Source: an uncultured Faecalibacterium sp.
GTDB taxonomy: Bacteria; Bacillota; Clostridia; Oscillospirales; Ruminococcaceae
Direction: 5' to 3'
Assembly: GCA_934513205.1 (NCBI GenBank)
Contig: CAKSWU010000010.1
Span: 884-64,883 of the forward strand
Length of the DNA stretch: 64,000 nucleotides
Each line of letters opens with the position of its first letter. Positions within the stretch are counted from its first letter, which is position 1. This document shows, piece by piece, positions 38,098 to 46,599 of this stretch. Made by a program: the position numbers and the translations under genes. The notes beneath the pieces were generated by a model, which was not told where the DNA came from, ran no database searches, and was given only the letters and a program-made list of their open reading frames with translations.

Positions 38098-38150
38098 ATT
38101 ATAGCGAATGATTCCTAGTTAGTCAAGTGTTATTTTAAGAATTATTCCTA
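38098..38150 (-). promoter_or_regulatory. Consensus sigma-A promoter of rubrerythrin with two Fur-family (PerR-like) 7-1-7 operator candidates
   Basis: Minus strand reads TTGACT (38121-38126), 17 nt spacer, TATAAT (38098-38103). Box A at 38103-38117 (plus strand AGCGAATGATTCCTA) lies inside the spacer. Box B at 38136-38150 (plus strand TAAGAATTATTCCTA) lies just upstream of the -35. Both share GAATnATTCCTA. Confidence 0.55.
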
Positions 38151-38153
38151 TTT

Positions 38154-38190
38154 GCAAAAATCTGGCAGGGTGACTGAAAACCCTGCCAGA
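38154..38190 (-). terminator. Rho-independent terminator of the uracil permease gene
   Basis: Minus strand reads TCTGGCAGGG-ttttcagtca-CCCTGCCAGA followed by TTTTTGC. Confidence 0.75.
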
Positions 38191-38264
38191 AAACTGGTCG
38201 TTTTGCCCGGTTTTGGTTTTGCCGAGTGGGCTGCCCGAACCGTTGTTTGTTTTACCGAAGAGGA

Positions 38265-39626
38265 TCAGACCTGCAGGTTGCCGCTTGCAGTCGCTTCGGA
38301 GCCGGCAACAGCGTCAAACTCGTAGTCGTTGCCGGGCAGGATGGCGTTGAGCAGAATGCCTGCAATGGCAGCCACAGCCAGACCGGACAGGTTGATGGTG
38401 ATGCTGCCGATGGCAAAGCTGACGCCGCCCACAGAGTTGAAGCCCAGTGCGCAGACCAGAATGACCGCTGCCACGATCAGGTTGCGGCTGTTGGTAAAGT
38501 CCACGCGGTTCTCCACCACATTGCGCACACCGATGGCGGAGATCATGCCGTACAGCACAAAGCTGATACCGCCGATGATGCCGGTGGGGATGGTGTTGAT
38601 GACAGCCTCAAACTTGGGGCTGAAGCTCAGGATGATGGCCAGCACGGCAGCGATGCGGATGACCAGCGGGTCGTAGATCTTGCTCAGAGCCAGCACGCCG
38701 GTGTTCTCGCCGTAGGTAGTATTTGCCGGGCCGCCCAGCAGGCCGGCCATGGTGGTTGCCAGACCATCGCCCAGCAGGGTGCGGTTCAGACCGGGGTCGT
38801 TGATGTAGTTGTGACCAACGGTGGCGCTGATGGCAGCAATATCGCCCACATGCTCCATCATGGTAGCCAGTGCAATAGGGATGATGGTAAACAGTGCGCT
38901 GATGAACTCGGGGCTGCCGTCAATGGCGAACAGACCCATGGCCTCCTTATGCAGCGGGATGCCAAGCCATGCAGCGTCTGCGATCTTCTGGAAGTCCACG
39001 GCGCCCGTGACCAGAGCCACCGCGTAGGACACCAGAACGCCGATGAGGATGGGCAGGATCTTGACCATGCCCTTGCCCCAGATGTTGCAGATAATGACCA
39101 CGCCCAGTGCCACAAAGGCCAGCAGCCAGTTTGCCTGACAGTTGGTGATGGCGGAAGGTGCCAGGATCAGGCCGATGGAGATGATGATGGGGCCCGTGAC
39201 CACCGGCGGGAAGAACCGCATGATGCGGCGGATGCCGAAGGTGGAGATCAGAGCGCTGGCCACCAGATAGACCAGACCGGAGAAGGCGATGGCTGCGCAG
39301 GCGTAGGGCAGCATTTTGGTGTTTGCGACCGTCAGGTTGCCGTTGGCATCTGCCAGCATGGGTGCCACGATGGAAAAGCCGCCCAGATAGGCAAAGGAGG
39401 AGCCGAGGAATGCCGGCACCTTCTTCTTGGTGATCAGATGGAACAGCAGGGTGCCCAGACCTGCGCACAGCAGGGTGGTGGACACGCTCAGACCGGTCAG
39501 CAGCGGCACCAGCACCGTTGCACCGAACATGGCAAACATGTGCTGCACGCCCAGAATGAACATGCGGCCCGCGCCCAGCTGACGGGCGTCGTAAATGCCT
39601 TTGGAGTAGTCGATTTTTTCGTTCAT
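38265..39626 (-). CDS. pyrP: Uracil permease (NCS2/NAT family, UraA/PyrP-like)
   Basis: 453 aa. ..GVQHMFAMFGATVLVPLLTG.. and ..KKVPAFLGSSFAYLGG.. closely match UraA/PyrP signature regions. AAGGAGG RBS. Confidence 0.9.
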   Translation of the reverse strand: MNEKIDYSKGIYDARQLGAGRMFILGVQHMFAMFGATVLVPLLTGLSVSTTLLCAGLGTLLFHLITKKKVPAFLGSSFAYLGGFSIVAPMLADANGNLTVANTKMLPYACAAIAFSGLVYLVASALISTFGIRRIMRFFPPVVTGPIIISIGLILAPSAITNCQANWLLAFVALGVVIICNIWGKGMVKILPILIGVLVSYAVALVTGAVDFQKIADAAWLGIPLHKEAMGLFAIDGSPEFISALFTIIPIALATMMEHVGDIAAISATVGHNYINDPGLNRTLLGDGLATTMAGLLGGPANTTYGENTGVLALSKIYDPLVIRIAAVLAIILSFSPKFEAVINTIPTGIIGGISFVLYGMISAIGVRNVVENRVDFTNSRNLIVAAVILVCALGFNSVGGVSFAIGSITINLSGLAVAAIAGILLNAILPGNDYEFDAVAGSEATASGNLQV

Positions 39627-39658
39627 GGAATATTCTGCCTCCTTACAGATGTTTTCCC

Positions 39659-39700
39659 AAAAAAAGAGGCATTGCCGTGATCAAAACGGCAGTGCCTCTG
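39659..39700 (-). terminator. Leader (attenuator) terminator upstream of the uracil permease
   Basis: Minus strand reads AGAGGCACTGCCG-ttttgatca-CGGCAATGCCTCT followed by TTTTTTT. It ends about 33 nt before the pyrP ATG and lies inside the 5' UTR. Confidence 0.75.
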
Positions 39701-39852
39701 ATTTTTGGGAACAATGATCCCGCCCGAAACATGGGAAACGCCACGCGATGCAGCCGGTATTCCGTGTGCAGCATGACATTTTCCCCCTTTCCTTCAGGCT
39801 CGTTCCAGACTGCCGGGCCCCGCAAAAGGCCACGGCGCACAAGTCTCAAGAC

Positions 39853-39881
39853 AGTATAACAGATTTTGTACCCAGCCGCAA
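39853..39881 (-). promoter_or_regulatory. Candidate promoter of the uracil permease leader
   Basis: Minus strand reads TTGCGG, 17 nt spacer, TATACT. Confidence 0.45.
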
Positions 39882-39932
39882 CCATTTTCCGTCAATCTCT
39901 TGCATTTTTCCGGTTTATTCCTTCCCTGCCCC

Positions 39933-39961
39933 TTGCAGTTCTGGTCCGCGTGTACTATAAT
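39933..39961 (+). promoter_or_regulatory. Sigma-A type promoter for the cysteine desulfurase gene
   Basis: TTGCAG, 17 nt spacer, TATAAT, about 38 nt upstream of the ATG at 40000. Confidence 0.55.
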
Positions 39962-39999
39962 ATAACCTATCGTTTTTATATGTTTTATCAGGAGGGACC

Positions 40000-41130
40000 A
40001 TGATTTATCTGGATTATTCCGCCAACACCCCGGTGGATGCAGCTGTCCTGCAGCGGTTCTGCGAGGTGGAGCTGCATTGCCCGGGCAATGCAAACGCCCG
40101 CCATGCTGCCGGCTTTGCTGCAAAAAACGCCATGGGCGCCGCCACCCGCAGCGTTGCCCGCAGCCTGAACGTGCAGCCTGCCGAGATCATCTATACATCC
40201 GGTGCCAGCGAAGCCAACAACTTTGCCATCAAAAGCATTGCACAGCTGGAGCGCTGCCACGGCAGGCATATCATCGCTACCCCGCTGGAGCATTCTTCGG
40301 TCAGCGGCAGCCTGACCGCGCTGCAGGAGCAGGGGTACACGATCGACCTTGTGGACATCAAGCAGGACGGCACGGTGGATCTGGACCATCTGAAAGCCCT
40401 GCTGCGCACGGACACCATTCTGGTAGCTGTTACTGCCGTGGACAGCGAACTTGGCGTGGTGCAGCCGGTGGCACAGATCGCAGAGCTATTAAAAAACAGG
40501 CCCCACTGCCGCTTCCATGTAGATGCCACGCAGGCGGTCGGCAAGATTCCAGTCTCCTTTGAGGGCATCGACACCATGAGCCTGACCGCCCACAAATTCT
40601 ACGGTCTGAACGGCATCGGCGTTCTGGTCAAGCGGCGGGGACTTGCGCTGGAGCCTCTCATCCACGGCGGCGAGAGCACTACGCTTTATCGCAGCGGGAC
40701 CCCCACCGTTGCCCTTGCCTGTTCGCTGGCACTGGCGCTGGAGAAAGCTGTGGCAGAGCTGCCCGCCCGGCTGGAATATGTCCGCAGCCTCAATGCCCGC
40801 CTGCGCACAGAACTCGCCCAATACCCCAAGGTTTGCATCAACAGCCCTGCGTGCGCTGTGCCGCAGATCCTGAATCTGAGCGTCCAGAACGTGAAAGGCA
40901 CCGTGTTCCAGCGGGAACTGGACGCCCGGGGCGTGTGCGTCTCGGTAAAATCCGCCTGCTCCTCGGACGGTCTGCCTTCCCGCGCGGTGTTCGCCGTGAG
41001 CCACGACCGGCGCAACGCGCTTTCCTCGTGGCGCATCAGCCTGAGCCACCGGACCACTGAGGAAGAGCTGACCGGCTTTTTGCAGGCATTCGATACCTGT
41101 TATCAAATGCTGACCCGGCAGCATCTCTGA
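40000..41130 (+). CDS. Class V aminotransferase / cysteine desulfurase (NifS/IscS-like)
   Basis: 376 aa. MIYLDYSANTPVD.., ..TSGASEANN.., ..SLTAHKFYG (PLP lysine), ..SACSS (active-site Cys region). GGAGGG RBS. Confidence 0.9.
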   Translation: MIYLDYSANTPVDAAVLQRFCEVELHCPGNANARHAAGFAAKNAMGAATRSVARSLNVQPAEIIYTSGASEANNFAIKSIAQLERCHGRHIIATPLEHSSVSGSLTALQEQGYTIDLVDIKQDGTVDLDHLKALLRTDTILVAVTAVDSELGVVQPVAQIAELLKNRPHCRFHVDATQAVGKIPVSFEGIDTMSLTAHKFYGLNGIGVLVKRRGLALEPLIHGGESTTLYRSGTPTVALACSLALALEKAVAELPARLEYVRSLNARLRTELAQYPKVCINSPACAVPQILNLSVQNVKGTVFQRELDARGVCVSVKSACSSDGLPSRAVFAVSHDRRNALSSWRISLSHRTTEEELTGFLQAFDTCYQMLTRQHL

Positions 41131-41132
41131 GC

Positions 41133-41187
41133 AAAAACAGGACTCCTTCCCGCGCATCGCCGCACTGTGGAAGGAGTCCTGTTTTTT
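41133..41187. terminator. Bidirectional rho-independent terminator
   Basis: AAAAACAGGACTCCTTCC-...-GGAAGGAGTCCTGTTTTTT (15 bp stem). Confidence 0.85.
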
Positions 41188-41328
41188 CAGCTTTCTTTTT
41201 TGACGCCGAACAGTCTGCGCAGGATCCCGCACAGACATTTCGGGCTTCGGATCACGATGACCTGCATCTTCATCCCCGCCTTTCTGCCTCATCCTACGCA
41301 AAACAGGGCAAAAAGGTTCCCAAAAAAA

Positions 41329-41961
41329 TCAGTCTGCCAGCGTTTCCACCACCACCAGTGCACCGGCGCGGGTGCTGACGGTGATGCAATCGGAGTTTTC
41401 AGCGTACTCGTTGCTGACCCCCAGCGGATATGCTGCGGTCAGCCGGGCATCCGTCAGCTCGTAGAAGGAGCCGCGTTCCCAGACCCCGTCTGCCCCGCCC
41501 TCCAGCGGAAAGACCGAGAAGAAGAAGTAATCCTCCTTCGGGTAGCGGCGGGTCTCACCGGGCAGTACATAGCTGATGCGGCTGCGCTCGTCCAGCAGCG
41601 TGGTGCGGACACCGCGTTTTTCCAGTCCCAGACCGGTGCAGAGGTTTGCAAGGGTATGCTCCAGACGTTTTCCGCCCAGCCCTCCCAGCAGCAGCACCTC
41701 GGTAAAGCCTTTCTCGGAAGCCAGCTTTGCCGCATATTCGGTATCGGTGTCATCCTTGACATGGGGCAGAATAACAACGCCTTCTTTCTGCTCCGGGCAG
41801 GGCGCAGTGTCAAAGTCCCCCACGATGATGTCGGGCTTGCAGCCCAGAAGCGTACAGTTGCGGTAGCCCGCGTCACAGGCGATGATAAAATCCCCCGGAC
41901 GCAGCGCTTTTGCCAGCTCCGGCGGGACCGGACAGGCAGAAATGATCACACAGCGCGGCAT
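41329..41961 (-). CDS. thiN: Thiamine pyrophosphokinase
   Basis: 210 aa. ..IIACDAG.., ..IVGDFDT.., ..KDDTDTEYA.., LLGGLGGKRLEHTLANL. Confidence 0.9.
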   Translation of the reverse strand: MPRCVIISACPVPPELAKALRPGDFIIACDAGYRNCTLLGCKPDIIVGDFDTAPCPEQKEGVVILPHVKDDTDTEYAAKLASEKGFTEVLLLGGLGGKRLEHTLANLCTGLGLEKRGVRTTLLDERSRISYVLPGETRRYPKEDYFFFSVFPLEGGADGVWERGSFYELTDARLTAAYPLGVSNEYAENSDCITVSTRAGALVVVETLAD

Positions 41962-41977
41962 GGGTCCTCCTTGCGTT

Positions 41978-42856
41978 TTATCCTTTCGGGCGCTGCCAGT
42001 CCTTCACGTCCTTGACTTCCTCATACATGGCGCAATAGCTGTCATAGCGGGTCTGGGACAGCTTTCCCTGTGCAAGGGCTGCCCGCACAGCACAGCCCTT
42101 TTCGCTGCGGTGAGAGCAGCCGGTGAACTGGCACTGGCCCAGATAGGGGCCGAACTCCGGAAAAACGTGTTCCAGATTCTCCTTGGGGATAAACCCTGCA
42201 CGGCCCGCTTCCAGACTGGCAAAGCCCGGCGTGTCGGCGATGCGCCCGCCGAACGCCTCAAAAATGGTCACTTCCCGGGTGGTATGGCGGCCTCGGCCCA
42301 GCTTCTGGCTGATGGCGCTGGTCTCACGTTCTGCTTCGGGCAGCAGGGTGTTGAGCAGGGTGGATTTGCCCACGCCGGAGTTGCCGCAGAAGGCACACAG
42401 CCGGCCTTGGATCCACTGCTTCACCTCGTCCAGACCTGCGCCGGTCCTGTAATCAATGCCGATGAAGGGCAGGGTCGATTTTTCATAGGCGCCGCGCAGA
42501 AATTCCACCTCTGCCAGATCCGCCTTGGTGCAGACGATCACCGGCTGCACCCCCTTGTCCACCGCAATGGCCGAGAGCTTGTCCAGCACCAGCGTGCTGG
42601 GGGTGGGCTGGGTGGTGCTTGCCACCAGAAACAGCACATCCAGATTTGCCACCGGCGGACGCACAAAGACATTTTTGCGGGGCGCGATCTCTGCGATGAC
42701 GGTCGTACCGTTTTCCGTTTCCAGCGTCACCTCGTCCCCCGCCACCGGCGAGATCTTCTGTTTGCGAAAAATGCCGCGGGGCTTGCATTCCACGATGCCA
42801 TCGGGTGTTTTTACATAGTAAAAGCCGCCGATGCCTTTTGTGATATATCCGTTCAT
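41978..42856 (-). CDS. rsgA: Ribosome small-subunit-dependent GTPase A
   Basis: ORF 41978..42889. ATG 42856 follows GGAGGAG. OB-fold N-terminus, circularly permuted GTPase (TKADL.. then GNSGVGKSTLLN), and a C-terminal Zn-finger (CQFTGCSHRSEKGCAV). Confidence 0.93.
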   Translation of the reverse strand: MNGYITKGIGGFYYVKTPDGIVECKPRGIFRKQKISPVAGDEVTLETENGTTVIAEIAPRKNVFVRPPVANLDVLFLVASTTQPTPSTLVLDKLSAIAVDKGVQPVIVCTKADLAEVEFLRGAYEKSTLPFIGIDYRTGAGLDEVKQWIQGRLCAFCGNSGVGKSTLLNTLLPEAERETSAISQKLGRGRHTTREVTIFEAFGGRIADTPGFASLEAGRAGFIPKENLEHVFPEFGPYLGQCQFTGCSHRSEKGCAVRAALAQGKLSQTRYDSYCAMYEEVKDVKDWQRPKG

Positions 42857-42867
42857 GCACTCCTCCG

Positions 42868-44751
42868 TCAGCCCAGCAGCGATGTCCACCAGTCGGTGAT
42901 GCCGCCTCCGGTGGTCTGGCTCTCAGAGCTCTGCTGCCCGCCGGACTCTGCCGAGCTGGAGGAGCCGCCCCACAGACTGCCCCACCAGCCGGAACCGCCC
43001 TCGCTGGAGGAATCCGGTTCCGGAGCCGGCTCCGGACCTGCGCTGACCACGATGTTCACACGGCTGTTCAGCTTTGCCGTTGAGCCTGCCTCCGGGCTCT
43101 GCCTGATGACGGAGCCCTCGGGCTGGTCGCTGTATTCTTCGCTCTGACTGCCCAGACCCAGATGGTTCTGCACCAGAAGGGTGCGGGCGTCATCGGCGCT
43201 CATGCCCACCAGCGATGGCACTTTTGTGGTGGTAGCCACCTGAGGACGGCTGATATACACCACCACAGTGCTGCCGGCTGCCACCTGACTGCCGGCAGCC
43301 GGGTCGGTGCGGATGACTGCGCCGGAGGCCACCGTGGGCTCCACGGCCTGTGTCACCAGCACCGAAACGCCCAGATTTTTCAGCTGCTGCTCGGCATCGG
43401 ACTGCACATAGTTGGTCAGGTCCGGCACCGTGACATACTGCGTGCCCAGACTGACGGTCAGGGTCACGCTCTGACCCTCACGGACGGTGCGGCCCGCCAC
43501 CGGCGACTGCTTGTAGATATAGCCGGCTGCGTAATTGCTGTTGTACTCCTCTTCCCATTCCGGCGTGATCTGTCCGGAGGAGATCTGCTCTGTCGCCATG
43601 GCCTGTTCTTTGGTCAGGCCCAGATAATCCCCCAGCGTGATATCAGCCTTGTTGTTCATCAGATTGGAGGAATCGTTCAGGATCAGCCAGCACAGCGCCA
43701 TGGACGCAACGCCAAATGCCACCGTGATGCCAAACAGCGCCGGCAGAAAAATGGTGCGTTTTTTCTTTTTGCGGGATGCCGCCTTTTTCCCCCGGAGCGA
43801 AGGCTGTTCGGGGGTGCGGTTTGCTCGATTCTGATTCATGGTTCGTTTCACCACCTTTTCGGGTGCATCTTCTGTAATATACTTGTACTCAAACAGGACA
43901 GAGGGGTTCTGCACATAGGCATCCAGCGCCTGCAGCATTTCGCGCGCCGAAGCGTAGCGGTTCTGCGGCAGCTTTGCCATTGCTTTTTCAGTGATCTCCA
44001 CCAGTGCGTTGGGCACTTCCGGCGCGATCTCGTGCAGCGGTTTCGGCTGGTCCGAGATCTGCTTGATGGCGACCTCCACCACGTCCTCTGCATCAAAGGG
44101 CAGATGTCCGGAAAGCATCTCGTACATCATTACGCCCACCGAGTAGATATCGCTGGTGCAGTCGGTCTCGTCTCCCTTTGCCTGTTCCGGACTGATATAG
44201 TGCACGCTGCCCATGGCTTTGCCGCCGGACAGCTGGTTTTCCGCCCGGGAGATGCGCGCGATGCCAAAATCCATCATCCGCAGCTGGCCGTTGTCCAGCA
44301 GCATGATGTTCTGGGGCTTGATGTCCCGGTGCACCACGCCGTTGGCATGGGCATGTTCCAGTGCCTTGAGGATCTGGGAAATGAAATGCACCGTCTCCCG
44401 GCTGGTCAGGCGTCCGCCGCGCTCGTTGAGGTACTCGCGCAGGGTCATGCCGTCCACATATTCCATGACGATATATTGCAGGTCATCGCTGACCGAAACG
44501 TCGTACACCTTGACGATGTTGGGGTGGTTCAGCAGGGAGATGGCCTTGGACTCATTCTTGAACCGGCGCACAAGATCCGGGTCATGCATGAACTCGCGCC
44601 GCAGCACCTTGACCGCGACCACCGTCCCGGGGGGTACAGGGCCGTTGTTGCCCCGCATGACGGCCTTGTAGACATTTGCCATGCCGCCGGAACCGATCAG
44701 CTCCTTCACTTCGTACAGGCCGTCCAGTCGTTTGCCGATCAGGTTATCCAT
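42868..44751 (-). CDS. prkC: Ser/Thr protein kinase with C-terminal PASTA repeats (PrkC/PknB-like)
   Basis: 627 aa. Hanks kinase motifs (GSGGMANVYKA, HRDIKPQN, DFGIA), a TM helix, three PASTA-like repeats, and a Ser/Gly-rich tail. Confidence 0.95.
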   Translation of the reverse strand: MDNLIGKRLDGLYEVKELIGSGGMANVYKAVMRGNNGPVPPGTVVAVKVLRREFMHDPDLVRRFKNESKAISLLNHPNIVKVYDVSVSDDLQYIVMEYVDGMTLREYLNERGGRLTSRETVHFISQILKALEHAHANGVVHRDIKPQNIMLLDNGQLRMMDFGIARISRAENQLSGGKAMGSVHYISPEQAKGDETDCTSDIYSVGVMMYEMLSGHLPFDAEDVVEVAIKQISDQPKPLHEIAPEVPNALVEITEKAMAKLPQNRYASAREMLQALDAYVQNPSVLFEYKYITEDAPEKVVKRTMNQNRANRTPEQPSLRGKKAASRKKKKRTIFLPALFGITVAFGVASMALCWLILNDSSNLMNNKADITLGDYLGLTKEQAMATEQISSGQITPEWEEEYNSNYAAGYIYKQSPVAGRTVREGQSVTLTVSLGTQYVTVPDLTNYVQSDAEQQLKNLGVSVLVTQAVEPTVASGAVIRTDPAAGSQVAAGSTVVVYISRPQVATTTKVPSLVGMSADDARTLLVQNHLGLGSQSEEYSDQPEGSVIRQSPEAGSTAKLNSRVNIVVSAGPEPAPEPDSSSEGGSGWWGSLWGGSSSSAESGGQQSSESQTTGGGITDWWTSLLG

Positions 44752-45496
44752 TGTGCACCTCCGTGGGGCCCACGCTCAGCAGCAGGGCAGTGATATTGTC
44801 CAGGCCTCCGTTTTCGTTGGCAGCCCGGACCAGCTGGTCCGGCAGGTCGTAAAATCCGCCAGTGCGCAGCAGCTGCTCCATCTGCTCCACAGGCACCGCG
44901 TTGGTCAGACCGTCCGTGCACAGCAGCAGCAGGTCTCCACTCTGCAACTGCTGACAGGTGAACTCCGACTCCAGACGGTAGTCCACCCCCAGCGCCCGGG
45001 TGATGATGTTTTTCTGGGGGTGATGCTCGGCCTCCTCCACCGTGATGGTGCCGCAATCCACCAGCTCCTGCACATAGGAATGGTCGTGGGTGAGCTGCGA
45101 AAGGGTGCCGTCCCGGAACAGGTACGCCCGGGAGTCCCCTGCATGGCACAGATAGACCCTGCCGCCCCGCACCAGCGCACAGACCGCCGTGGTGCCCATG
45201 CCGGCCAGCGACTCGTCCTGCATGGCCTTCTGGAACACAAAGCGGTTGGCGCTGAGCAGCGTCTTTTTCAAAAAGGTCTCTTCTTCGCCGGGCAGGCACT
45301 TGGACGTGTACTGCTCCTGAAAACAGCGTTCGATGATGTTGCACGCGCTCTGACTGGCTTCCCGTCCGCCGCGCGCGCCGCCCATACCGTCACAGACCAG
45401 CAGCCACGCGGCATCGCCGGGCAGCTGGCCTGCACGATAGTCGTCCTGATTGTCCTGACGGACACGCCCGACATCGGTTTTTCCTGCAAGTTTCAT
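44744..45496 (-). CDS. stp: PP2C-family Ser/Thr phosphatase (Stp/PrpC)
   Basis: 250 aa. ..GRVRQDNQDD.., ..VCDGMGG.., ..LLCTDGLTN.., ..GGLDNITA... Overlaps the prkC start by 8 nt. Confidence 0.93.
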   Translation of the reverse strand: MKLAGKTDVGRVRQDNQDDYRAGQLPGDAAWLLVCDGMGGARGGREASQSACNIIERCFQEQYTSKCLPGEEETFLKKTLLSANRFVFQKAMQDESLAGMGTTAVCALVRGGRVYLCHAGDSRAYLFRDGTLSQLTHDHSYVQELVDCGTITVEEAEHHPQKNIITRALGVDYRLESEFTCQQLQSGDLLLLCTDGLTNAVPVEQMEQLLRTGGFYDLPDQLVRAANENGGLDNITALLLSVGPTEVHNG

Positions 45497-45511
45497 AGGC
45501 TTCTCCCTTTG

Positions 45512-46552
45512 TTATGCCTTCCCGTTCATCTCGTCCCGGCGCAGCTGACCGCAGGCGGCGCTGATCTCGCTGCCCAGGCGGCGACGCACCGTAGCGTTGA
45601 CGCCAAGGCTCTCCAGCTTTTTCTGGAAGCGCTGCACGTTAGCGGCATCGGTCGCCGAATAAGGACTGCCATCCACCGGGTTGATGGGGATCAGGTTCAC
45701 ATGGGCTCCCATGCCCCGGATCAGGTCTGCCAGCTGTTTTGCGCAGGCATCGGAATCGTTGACGCCCCGCACCATGGAATATTCAAAGCTGACCCGGCGG
45801 CCCGTGGTCTGCTGATAGCGGCGCACCGCCGGGATCAGCATCTCCACCGGGTAGGCATCGTTCACCGGCATCATCCCGCTGCGGATCTGGTTGTTGGGCG
45901 CGTGCAGCGACACCGACAGGGTCAGCTGCAGCTTTTTTTCCGCCAGCAGATCGATCTTGGGCACAAGGCCGCAGGTGGACAGGCTGATGTTGCGCATGCC
46001 GATGTTGACGCCCTCCGGTGAGGTGATGTTTTCCAGAAACTTCATCACCTCGTCAAAGTTGTCCAGCGGCTCTCCAATGCCCATGAGCACGATGTGGGAG
46101 ATGCGCTCACCGATGTCCTTCTGGGCGGTGTAGATCTCGGAGCAGATCTCGCCTGCTTCCAGATTTCGCACCCGCCCCGCCTGCGTGGAGGCGCAGAAGC
46201 GGCAGCCCATGCGGCAGCCCACCTGCGTGGACACGCACACCGTGTTGCCGTAATGATAGCGCATGACCACGGTTTCGATGCAGTTGCCGTCTGCCATGCG
46301 CAGCAGATATTTGACGGTGCCGTCCTTCGCTTCCTGTCGGCGCTCGATCTTGGGCGCAGCGATATAAAAGCGTTCTTCCAGCGCTGCCAGCAGGGTCTTG
46401 GGCTGGTCGGTCATGGCAGAAAACTCTGCAACGAGCTTCTGATGCACCCAGTGGAAGATCTGCTTTGCCCGGAAACCCGGTTGTCCCATGGCTTTCAGCT
46501 CTGCTGAAAGCTCTGCCAGCGTCAGGGAAGAGATACAGCGTTTTTGTTCCAT
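45512..46552 (-). CDS. rlmN: 23S rRNA/tRNA adenine-C2 methyltransferase RlmN (radical SAM)
   Basis: 346 aa. CVSTQVGCRMGCRFCAS radical-SAM cluster, with ..GIGEPLDN... Confidence 0.96.
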   Translation of the reverse strand: MEQKRCISSLTLAELSAELKAMGQPGFRAKQIFHWVHQKLVAEFSAMTDQPKTLLAALEERFYIAAPKIERRQEAKDGTVKYLLRMADGNCIETVVMRYHYGNTVCVSTQVGCRMGCRFCASTQAGRVRNLEAGEICSEIYTAQKDIGERISHIVLMGIGEPLDNFDEVMKFLENITSPEGVNIGMRNISLSTCGLVPKIDLLAEKKLQLTLSVSLHAPNNQIRSGMMPVNDAYPVEMLIPAVRRYQQTTGRRVSFEYSMVRGVNDSDACAKQLADLIRGMGAHVNLIPINPVDGSPYSATDAANVQRFQKKLESLGVNATVRRRLGSEISAACGQLRRDEMNGKA

Positions 46553-46599
46553 TGTGTTCTCCTATTATTACGAATGAACCGCCCGGTTTCGTGCAGCGA

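Noticed and set aside
39643-39885. 80-aa minus-strand ORF in the uracil-permease leader
   Set aside because: It has no RBS, it runs straight through the leader terminator hairpin, and it overlaps the predicted promoter. I interpret the region as non-coding attenuator RNA.
38265-39900. Possibility of a purine (guanine/xanthine) riboswitch in front of the NCS2 permease
   Set aside because: The permease matches UraA/PyrP rather than PbuX. The leader lacks the conserved purine-riboswitch loop and junction sequences.
40489-41301. 270-aa minus-strand ORF overlapping the cysteine desulfurase gene and the 41133-41187 terminator
   Set aside because: It is antisense to a well-supported class V aminotransferase and crosses a strong bidirectional terminator. 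Its product has no motifs.
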